Source: Opitutales bacterium (GTDB taxonomy: Bacteria > Verrucomicrobiota > Verrucomicrobiia > Opitutales > JABSRG01). Taken from it: a DNA stretch of 64,000 nucleotides. Location: the NCBI GenBank assembly GCA_049599475.1, contig JBMYOQ010000005.1:64001-128000 (forward strand), written 5' to 3'. The translations under genes were made by a program, and so were the position numbers. The notes below the pieces were generated by a model. It was not told where the DNA came from. It did no database searches and saw only the letters and a program-made list of their open reading frames with translations. Below are positions 56,395 through 64,000 of the stretch, in pieces; the first letter of the stretch is position 1; the number at the start of each line of letters is the position of its first letter.

Positions 56395-57411
56395 ATGAAC
56401 GATTCCGAAGCCTCCGATTTATCTAAGCGATTTCAGACACTAAGCGAAAAACTTAATCAGCAAATATTGGGACAACCCGAATTGATCGAGTCGGTCCTGG
56501 TTGCGATGGTCGCTGGAGGGCATATTTTGTTGGAAGGCTTGCCGGGCTTAGGGAAAACGGAATTGATAAAGACCTTGTCTGCGTTGAGTGGTCTTGAGGC
56601 GCGCCGAGTTCAATTTACCCCGGACTTATTGCCGGGCGATATTGTAGGGAGTGCGATCATACAAGAGGTCGATGGTCGAAAAGTCTTCGAATTCTCAGAA
56701 GGTCCCGTATTTACCCAACTGCTTCTTGCTGATGAGATCAATAGAGCTTCTCCCAAGACTCAGGCTGCGCTCTTGGAAGCGATGCAGGAGCGATCGGTGT
56801 CTGCTATGGGCGAGACCCGTCCACTTCCCAAACCGTTTTTTGTGTTTGCGACTCAAAATCCTGTGGATCTCGAAGGTACTTATGCACTTCCAGAGGCACA
56901 GACAGACCGTTTTCTCTTTAAGTTAAACGTATTCAAAGCGCCCTCCGACGTTCTCGAAGCGATCATTAATAAGCGATCCGTTCAGACGCCGGATCTTCCT
57001 GACTCGATTCTCGACACCGAGGCTGTGATGGCAGCTATGGCCTCCGCAGAAGAGGTTTTCCTAGCACCGCCGGTCGTATCCTACATAGCGCGATTAGTGG
57101 ACGCGACCCATGGAGATGGGAGTAAGGAGTCCGCGTTTATCCGGTTCGGTGCGAGCCCACGGGCGGCTATCGGTCTTGCGCGTGCTGCACGAGCGCGTGC
57201 TTGGATATCTGGGCGCAAGCATGCGGGCATCGAGGATGTTCAAGCATTGGCGAAGGCAGTGTTGAGGCATCGTCTCGTGCTGAATTATGAGGCAAGGCTA
57301 GAAGGGCTCTCAACAGACGATTTAATCGACCGCATTCTGGAAGCGCTACCCACCGAGAACGCTGCGCTGCCCGAAGCTCTAGATGCAGCAAAAATACAAA
57401 AAGGTTCATGA
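56395..57411 (+). CDS. moxR: MoxR family AAA+ ATPase
   Basis: LEGLPGLGKT, QFTPDLLP, DEINRASPKTQ, ATQNP and GASPRA. Confidence 0.95.
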   Translation: MNDSEASDLSKRFQTLSEKLNQQILGQPELIESVLVAMVAGGHILLEGLPGLGKTELIKTLSALSGLEARRVQFTPDLLPGDIVGSAIIQEVDGRKVFEFSEGPVFTQLLLADEINRASPKTQAALLEAMQERSVSAMGETRPLPKPFFVFATQNPVDLEGTYALPEAQTDRFLFKLNVFKAPSDVLEAIINKRSVQTPDLPDSILDTEAVMAAMASAEEVFLAPPVVSYIARLVDATHGDGSKESAFIRFGASPRAAIGLARAARARAWISGRKHAGIEDVQALAKAVLRHRLVLNYEARLEGLSTDDLIDRILEALPTENAALPEALDAAKIQKGS

Positions 57412-59165
57412 GGACATTTCGCATAGCTTTCTTTTGCATGGGCCTCTTGGCTCTGGGTAGCTTATGGGCTCAGGTAGCTACGCTGAAGCCGAGTCTGTCG
57501 AGCAAATCACCCTACGATGTGTCGATATATCCTGCGACGAAGCTGATCGTAAACGAAGGGTTTCTGGCTTATTTCGTGGAAATCTCTAATACGTCGAGCG
57601 ATCCGGTTTCCTTCGAAGTCGAAGCCCAATATCAAGCGCGGCATAGTAGCAACAACGCCAATACTGAGTCCAGCCGGACTGATGTCTTCACTGTTCCTGC
57701 AGGTACGAAGCAGATATTCTCCTCTCAAGTTTTGACTTCCGATAGTTCAGGCGTCGGATGGGGATCGCCTTCTATTCATTTTCGTGTATCGGGGCCTACC
57801 ATACGCGGGTCGAATGCGGGCACCGTGAGTGCAAATTATACACGCAATAGGAATCAAGTCGCGTTTATCGGTTTTGTCGGCGGACTCTTCGCACAAGTCG
57901 GTTCTTCACTGGATGATCCCAGCACGCGAGACCTCTTGGTGGAACGATTTGATAAAGCCTATATGCCCCTCGCTGCTACTGCCTATACGGGCATGGATGC
58001 GGTGGCCATAAATGCGAGTATCTGGACTGACCTGGCACCCGAGGCGCGCGAAGCTTTGCTGGATTGGGTGACCCTCGGAGGGCGGTTAATTCTTCATGTG
58101 GCCTCCAGTCGAGACCTGGATCAGCGATTCCTCGAATCCGAATTTCAATTGAAGGGAAACGCTCCATCCGTCGCGATGGGCTTCGGTGAAATTCACCGTA
58201 TCAATAGTAAAGAGACAGGTGTTTGGGAGAAATGGATCGATACAAATATCGAGCCCAATAAGCGGCAGCGTTTTTCAAATGGCCAAACGACATGGCTGGG
58301 AGAAGCATGGGAGGACCTGATCGCCGACGATCCGATCAATATGAATGCAGCCTTGGTGTCCTTGTTTATGATCGCCTTTGCTGTGATCATAGGGCCTGTG
58401 AATTTGATCAAGTTTGCGCCCCCGCATAAGCGTTTCAGGATTTTCATTACAACGCCCATTATTTCATTGGTGGCAAGTATGATCCTGGTGGGCGTTATCT
58501 TGGTCGGAGACGGGGTCGGTGGTTCGTCTTATCAAAGTTCCTTGGCTTACTTAGATGGAGATGCGGGCAAGTATTACGTAGATCAACGAGCTGTGGTTCG
58601 CAGTAGTTTATTGTTTGATACGAAGGTTGAGACAGATCCAGATAAACGATTGATGCCACTGCTGGTGAACGAATTTGATCGCAGGGCGGCAAATGCCTAT
58701 GATCACACGGGGCCTGTGCATGCGGGAGATTTTCTGAGTAATCGTCGTTGGCAGGGCCTTGGATCAGAATACGTCGAGCCGACCCGGAGTACTATCGATG
58801 TCGAGCGCACCGATGAGGGTGCCTGGGAGGTCTATTCTAGTATCTCGGCACAACTGAGCGAAGTCATGTATGTCGATGAATTGGGAATCTATTGGAATGT
58901 GAGCGACCTTGGTCAGGGCGGGCGAAAAACCATGAGCAAGGCGGAACAGAATACAATTCAGCGTTTTTGGTTGGAGATTGAGGAGAATTCCAGTGCTGCT
59001 CATTATCGAGATGTGCGTAGGTGGAGTCGTCGGAACCGCGGCTTTTTCATAGCGACGACCGAAGCTGTTCAAGAATTACCTGCACTGGAGTTGCCGGCGA
59101 TAATTATGCAAGATCAGTATTTGGTGCTTTGTGGCCTTGTTGATGGGGAAGGAGGCATCCAGTGA
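57408..59165 (+). CDS. Exported/membrane protein with a GATase-like segment
   Basis: Signal peptide, ALLDWVTLGGRL and IIGPVN TM pair. Confidence 0.65.
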   Translation: MRTFRIAFFCMGLLALGSLWAQVATLKPSLSSKSPYDVSIYPATKLIVNEGFLAYFVEISNTSSDPVSFEVEAQYQARHSSNNANTESSRTDVFTVPAGTKQIFSSQVLTSDSSGVGWGSPSIHFRVSGPTIRGSNAGTVSANYTRNRNQVAFIGFVGGLFAQVGSSLDDPSTRDLLVERFDKAYMPLAATAYTGMDAVAINASIWTDLAPEAREALLDWVTLGGRLILHVASSRDLDQRFLESEFQLKGNAPSVAMGFGEIHRINSKETGVWEKWIDTNIEPNKRQRFSNGQTTWLGEAWEDLIADDPINMNAALVSLFMIAFAVIIGPVNLIKFAPPHKRFRIFITTPIISLVASMILVGVILVGDGVGGSSYQSSLAYLDGDAGKYYVDQRAVVRSSLLFDTKVETDPDKRLMPLLVNEFDRRAANAYDHTGPVHAGDFLSNRRWQGLGSEYVEPTRSTIDVERTDEGAWEVYSSISAQLSEVMYVDELGIYWNVSDLGQGGRKTMSKAEQNTIQRFWLEIEENSSAAHYRDVRRWSRRNRGFFIATTEAVQELPALELPAIIMQDQYLVLCGLVDGEGGIQ

Positions 59166-60103
59166 GCACTCCGATTATACAAGCTATGGGCTTAGGAAAG
59201 AGCTTCGGCTCTGTTGTTGCTCTGAATGGTGTGTCTTTTGATATTTTTCCCGGGCAAGTCGTCGGTTTTATCGGAGCAAATGGCGCGGGTAAGACCACGA
59301 CGATGCGTATCCTTGCCACGCTCGATACGGCGAATCGCGGGTTCGCGAAGGTGTGTGGATACGATTGCCTTTTACAACCTTCTGAGGTGCGCCGTCGCCT
59401 CGGCTGGATGCCCGATGATTATGGCTGTTATAAAAACACGACCGTCATGGAGTATTTGGACTTTTTTGCCCGAGCCTACGGCTTTAAGGGCTCGGAGCGG
59501 ACACGACGGGTGAGCAATGTGGTCGATTTCGCAGACTTAGGGCCCCTCTCGGACCGACCGATGACAGGCCTGTCTAAAGGGCAAGCGCAGCGCTTGTGCT
59601 TGGGGCGGACGTTGCTCCACGATCCCGAGGTGCTAATTCTCGACGAGCCTGCCGCTGGATTGGATCCCAAGGCGCGTATCGAGTTTAAGAATCTCGTGAG
59701 GATACTATCAAAGCAGGGAAAAACGCTCCTGATTAGTTCGCACATCTTATCAGAGCTCTCCGAGATGTGCGACCACATGCTGTTTATCGACGGTGGACGT
59801 ATCATTAAAACGGGTACTGCGGAATCGATTCAAAACGACGGAGAGTCGGAGACTTCAGATTTCGAATTGCGGTTTGCTGAGAATAGTGAAGACGCCATGG
59901 CCTTCTTGATACAACGTTTTCCAGAATCGCGTCAGATCGAGACTTTGAAGGATGGTTTTGTCCTGCGAATGCCAGCGCAGGGCTCAGCCCAGCAAGCCGC
60001 GGTCCTGTCGGTGCTCGTGGAGCATGGATACCCCGTTTATAGTTTTTATCGTAAGCAGAAGAAGCTGGAGGATGTCTTTGTAGACATGCTAGATAAGAAA
60101 TGA
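59162..60103 (+). CDS. ABC transporter ATP-binding protein
   Basis: GANGAGKTT, LSKG, LDEP and ISSH. Confidence 0.95.
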   Translation: MSTPIIQAMGLGKSFGSVVALNGVSFDIFPGQVVGFIGANGAGKTTTMRILATLDTANRGFAKVCGYDCLLQPSEVRRRLGWMPDDYGCYKNTTVMEYLDFFARAYGFKGSERTRRVSNVVDFADLGPLSDRPMTGLSKGQAQRLCLGRTLLHDPEVLILDEPAAGLDPKARIEFKNLVRILSKQGKTLLISSHILSELSEMCDHMLFIDGGRIIKTGTAESIQNDGESETSDFELRFAENSEDAMAFLIQRFPESRQIETLKDGFVLRMPAQGSAQQAAVLSVLVEHGYPVYSFYRKQKKLEDVFVDMLDKK

Positions 60104-60837
60104 AGAATAAGATGCCAGAGGACGCCGATTGGATAAATCCAATTATGGTGCGCTACTTTAGGACGCGTCTACGGAGTAAGGCGTTTGTGGTGTGTTATAT
60201 GGCGCTGATGCTGATGCTTGTGATAGCGGTGTTTGGCGTGATTCATTCAGCCTCAGTGAGTAGCCATGCTGCTCGGAGTGATGCGGGCTTTTTGTATTTC
60301 CTGACATTTGTTCCCACCATCCTGTTGCCCTTGTCCGCTTATGCTGCCTTCCGGCAGGAGATTTCGGGAAATACACTGGAGTTACTGTTGGTCACAAATC
60401 TACTGGGTAAAAATATAGCCTGGGGCGCGTGGCAGACCTTCTTTTCGCTGGCTGTATTGTGGCAGGCTGTGTTGTTCCCCATCTGGGTATTGTTTTATTT
60501 CACCCACGGCGCAGATATTGTGGAGAGTTTGGCCACTTCATGTGTGTCCTTACTGGTGGTCGCTCCTTTGATTATGTGTGGCTTGTGGGCGGGGACGCTT
60601 TCAAACGGCTTTAAGCGCTTTTTCGGAGCTGGGTTTTGGTTGCTCGGATACATGCTGTCCCTGGGAATTGGAATGGGTGTCGCCTTCGATACTATGGGAA
60701 GCTCTGCTTCGGAATTTACAGGTTTTATCCTGTTTGGTTTGCACGGATTGGCTGCTACCGCGTTCACCCGCTTTCTCTTAAGTGATGCCCTCTTATCCAC
60801 CACGCACGAAGGGTATTACGTATACGATGCCGCTTAA
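60100..60837 (+). CDS. ABC-2-type permease-like membrane protein
   Basis: NPIMVR, E...NTLELLLVT motif and six TM segments. Confidence 0.75.
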   Translation: MKNKMPEDADWINPIMVRYFRTRLRSKAFVVCYMALMLMLVIAVFGVIHSASVSSHAARSDAGFLYFLTFVPTILLPLSAYAAFRQEISGNTLELLLVTNLLGKNIAWGAWQTFFSLAVLWQAVLFPIWVLFYFTHGADIVESLATSCVSLLVVAPLIMCGLWAGTLSNGFKRFFGAGFWLLGYMLSLGIGMGVAFDTMGSSASEFTGFILFGLHGLAATAFTRFLLSDALLSTTHEGYYVYDAA

Positions 60838-60840
60838 CCT

Positions 60841-62271
60841 ATGGAAAATGTGTCTCAGAATAATTCTATGAAGAAGGATGTCTTTTCCGATTTAGCGGAT
60901 GCCCCGGATCGTTTTCACCCATTTCTCGTGAAGGAGCTACGAAGGTCTCTGAAAGGACGCGGCTTTATCATAGGACTTTCGATCTTCCTCTTTGTCTTGT
61001 CTCTAGCGACTCTTGGCATGATTTCAGAGTCCAGCACCTCTCCCAGGGCGGGTGATGGTATCTGGGGTATCGTGCTCTTTTTGCAGACCGTATACTTTCT
61101 ATTGGTTATCCCCTTTACTAATGCCCAAACGGATCATGAAGACGGAGATGATAGCATGGTGGATCTGATACGATTGACGGCGATGAGCCCGATGAGTGTC
61201 AGTCTGGGGCGATGGATTACGGCCGTGTTCTTTGTCATGATCTACGGGGTGCTCGTCGTTCCTTATTACCTGCTGAGATATTTTCTCGGGGGCTATAATT
61301 TGAGTGAAGGGTTGACCATATTCGGGGTTACTTTGCTGGGCTCATTGATCGCGTGCGCTTGGTCCACTGCATCTACGTATTTACTGTCTAAGCGTATGCG
61401 GGGCGTCTTCAATGTAGGACTCGTCGTGTTGTCTGTCGGATTCCTGCAATCGTTTACCCTGGCTTTGCGGGGAGTCGGTTGGGGGTCTGCTTCGCTCGCC
61501 GAATGGATTGGAATCGTGTTTTTCGCCTTATCACTCTCTTTGATGTTAGTGGCTTTGGGGGCAAATGGATTGGCTTCGCGCGCGCAGAGGCGGATGTTGT
61601 GGGTGAGGGGGCCGTGGTTCGCGCTTCTCGCAGTCACGTCCATTGCGGGCATTTTCTCTTTGGATGAGTTCTACCTAGCGTTTTCATTTATCCTCGTATT
61701 TGTAGGCCTGTTTTTTATCTGTGTTGAAGAGCCCGCCTTGCCTACAGAATTTGTATTTCCTCGGTCGACGAAATCACGAAGTATAAGCTTTTTTAGGAAA
61801 GTGTTTGAGTATCCGGGCGTTGGATACGGATTCTGGCTTTGGTTGCTGGGAAGCGTCCTCTTCTTTGGGGCGTTTGCGGCACATTCTAAATGGAATGATG
61901 AACTCGAAGAAGTTCTCTGGGTGTTTTTGAGCATTGGGTCGATGATCGTTTGGGCCTACTTTATCGCGCGGAAACTCGTCTATCGTTTTCCATATCTCAC
62001 AGCTTATATCTTGGCTTTCACTATCGTGATTATTTCAAATGTGATTCTGGTTTTTGTTGGGGCTGCAAGTGATAATTTTGGGCAGGATACGGTTAAGTTT
62101 GTTACGGATTTTTTCCCGCTCTCGGTGCTCTTTGATATGAATTCGTATGCCGTAAAGAATTATGCCTATGTGGTATATCTTTATACGGGAGCTTCCTTTC
62201 TCGCTTTTATGTTTGGAGCTTTCCGAGAGCGTAGCCGTTTGTTCAGCGAAGAGAAAGCGATGCTTTCATGA
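60841..62271 (+). CDS. ABC-2-type permease-like membrane protein
   Basis: PFLVKELRRSL, DLIRLT motif and many TM segments. Confidence 0.75.
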   Translation: MENVSQNNSMKKDVFSDLADAPDRFHPFLVKELRRSLKGRGFIIGLSIFLFVLSLATLGMISESSTSPRAGDGIWGIVLFLQTVYFLLVIPFTNAQTDHEDGDDSMVDLIRLTAMSPMSVSLGRWITAVFFVMIYGVLVVPYYLLRYFLGGYNLSEGLTIFGVTLLGSLIACAWSTASTYLLSKRMRGVFNVGLVVLSVGFLQSFTLALRGVGWGSASLAEWIGIVFFALSLSLMLVALGANGLASRAQRRMLWVRGPWFALLAVTSIAGIFSLDEFYLAFSFILVFVGLFFICVEEPALPTEFVFPRSTKSRSISFFRKVFEYPGVGYGFWLWLLGSVLFFGAFAAHSKWNDELEEVLWVFLSIGSMIVWAYFIARKLVYRFPYLTAYILAFTIVIISNVILVFVGAASDNFGQDTVKFVTDFFPLSVLFDMNSYAVKNYAYVVYLYTGASFLAFMFGAFRERSRLFSEEKAMLS

Positions 62272-63152
62272 AGGAGGGCAAAATAGATCAAATGTCAGGG
62301 GTCTATCGCTCCGTTTTGGCGGAGTCGAAACGGGTGGCAGCTGCCTGGAAGTTGGGTGCCCTGTCTCCACATCCATCGCAGCGTATGGGTGCTTATATGA
62401 CAAGCCGAGCTGGCAGCTCTGCGGAGTTTTTAGACCAGCGGCCTTTCTCACGCGGGGATGATATCCGCCATATCAATTGGCAGGCTTTCGCGCGCACAGA
62501 GCAAGTGATGATCAATCTGTTTCAGCAGGAGTCCGCACCGATTTTGGACATCATCATTGATTGCAGTGAATCGATGTCATTTCAGGAGGATAAATGGAAG
62601 GGTGCTTGGAAGCTATGGGCGTTTTTGATGAATTTATCGCAGGATTCGGGATCTCGCGTGAGAGCCTTCCTTGTATGTGGATCTGAGTGGGTAGAGGTGC
62701 CCTCGGAAGATCCCGAGGCTGGTTTCGTCTTCCTGATTAATGCCGATCCAGGGGCTCCCTCAGGAGTGCTGAAAGTGCCATTCACCCCCAAATCTTTTCG
62801 GGTTTTCATTAGTGATCTCCTGTTTGAGGAATTATCTCAGGAGATTCCGGCCTGCTTCGCCCGAGGCTCGGGCGGTTTTTCGATGGTTGCTCCCTTTGTA
62901 TCAGAGGAGGCCTCGCCCGCATGGGCTGGAAATATCGAATTCCACGATGTTGAGAACGGCCAAAAGCTAACCCATCTGTGTGATACAGCATTCATTCAGC
63001 GCTATCAAAATAGATATAAGGCGCACTTTAATGCGTGGGACGAAGCGATTCAAAAACAGGGAGGCACACTCTCGCGAGTAGACAGTAAAATGCCCTTATC
63101 AAAGGCGATATCCGCGAGCCTTGCGCGCTGTGGGATGGTCGTGCCGCGTTGA
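62268..63152 (+). CDS. DUF58 domain protein
   Basis: GSSAEFLDQRPF..GDDIRHINW, IDCSESM and FISDL. Confidence 0.92.
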   Translation: MKEGKIDQMSGVYRSVLAESKRVAAAWKLGALSPHPSQRMGAYMTSRAGSSAEFLDQRPFSRGDDIRHINWQAFARTEQVMINLFQQESAPILDIIIDCSESMSFQEDKWKGAWKLWAFLMNLSQDSGSRVRAFLVCGSEWVEVPSEDPEAGFVFLINADPGAPSGVLKVPFTPKSFRVFISDLLFEELSQEIPACFARGSGGFSMVAPFVSEEASPAWAGNIEFHDVENGQKLTHLCDTAFIQRYQNRYKAHFNAWDEAIQKQGGTLSRVDSKMPLSKAISASLARCGMVVPR

Positions 63153-63156
63153 TCGT

Positions 63157-64000
63157 ATGTGGGTGTTTTTGTCAAGCTGGGCCTTGTGGGGATTGCTAAG
63201 TGTCCCGATTCTAGTGGCTATCCATTTTTTTCGCAGGCGAGCGAGACGCGTTGAGGTGTCTACGCTATTTTTGCTGAAGGAAAAGGAGAGGGTGACTCGA
63301 CGAGGGGCTGTGTGGACTCGATTTGAAAATTCATGGCCATTCTTTTTTCAATTGTTGGCCCTGATTCTTGCCATCTTGTTGGCGTCGCGTCCCATGTTGA
63401 TTCAAGACGATACTCAGTTGCGGCTCGCGTTTGTGTTGGACGATTCGGTATCCATGAGAGCATACAAAGGCGAAGTGTCTGAAGCCGTTTCTGAATTATT
63501 GGATAGTGTGCCGCGAAGTATGTCTTTGGACTTGGGTTTATTTACGTCTGCGCGGACGTCCGCAAATTTGGGCTACTACGCATCCTCACAAGAGGTTCGC
63601 AAAGCTCTTGAGGAGTCCTGGAATCCCTCCTCTGGTATCCACGATTCGCGGGGCCAGATCGAGGCAGCCTCCCGTTGGGCGGGGGAGCAGGGCTATGTCA
63701 TCTGGATCTCAGATCATACGGGCACGCAATCCGGTGCAAATTTGAATATATCCGTGGGACTACCAAAGGAAAACGTAGGGATTACCGGAATCGATTATTT
63801 CGAAGACGGCCGCTGGGAGGCTCGTATCAGTAATTTTACCGACTCCAGCCAAAGTCGGGAATGGTGGGTGGCCTACGAAGGAGGGTCTACTGAGCCAATG
63901 GAGTTGTCCCTCTTGCCTGGGCAATCGCTGCGTGTTTCTGGATTGTCGTTTGAGGGTCTGAAACGGCCTTACTTGAAGCTTTCCGCGGATGCTTTGGATA
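63157..64000 (+). CDS. BatA N-terminal / vWA domain protein (3' truncated by the window end)
   Basis: MWVFLSSWALWGLLSVPILVAIHFFRRR...STLFLL, then VLDDSVSM (MIDAS-like) and WISDH; absent from the ORF track because no stop occurs in the window. Confidence 0.85.
   Translation, partial: MWVFLSSWALWGLLSVPILVAIHFFRRRARRVEVSTLFLLKEKERVTRRGAVWTRFENSWPFFFQLLALILAILLASRPMLIQDDTQLRLAFVLDDSVSMRAYKGEVSEAVSELLDSVPRSMSLDLGLFTSARTSANLGYYASSQEVRKALEESWNPSSGIHDSRGQIEAASRWAGEQGYVIWISDHTGTQSGANLNISVGLPKENVGITGIDYFEDGRWEARISNFTDSSQSREWWVAYEGGSTEPMELSLLPGQSLRVSGLSFEGLKRPYLKLSADALD

Overview
A 64 kb, gene-dense bacterial chromosome segment. Gene families (PSCyt/DUF1592-DUF1552 pair, prepilin-type H-X9-DG-like protein, divergent EF-Tu switch I, tuf-tRNA-Trp-secE-nusG-rplKAJL-rpoBC order) point to the PVC superphylum, most likely Verrucomicrobiota/Opitutia (inferred, not searched). 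From left to right it holds: a DUF2293-like gene; a lone RAYT/Y1 HUH transposase between tRNA-Arg(ACG) and a degenerate copy of that tRNA's 3' end; glycosyltransferases; a membrane-domain/lipase-3 fusion; a GntR-linked ureide nitrogen catabolic operon (TonB receptor, AtzH-AtzG fusion, AtzE, TrtA-like hydrolase, permease, exported formamidase-like hydrolase); nadACB, LMW phosphatase, glyA; a pilin-like gene, DinG helicase and a REP-like inverted pair; an unannotated 31-aa bS22-like ORF; TPR-ExbB-ExbD-TonB-like genes; the tuf/rplKAJL/rpoBC core; uup; a frameshifted multiheme PSCyt gene with DUF1552; esterases; a SET-domain gene; and a MoxR/ABC/DUF58/BatA operon that runs off the right end. The best leads are (1) a candidate BiuH-independent triuret pathway with an AtzH-AtzG fusion, outer-membrane receptor and sigma54 plus GntR control, (2) a clean H-type pseudoknot between rplJ and rplL, and (3) the att-flanked RAYT mini-islet at tRNA-Arg with matching REP-like sequences. 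All family calls come from motif recognition by eye; no database search or folding program was run.
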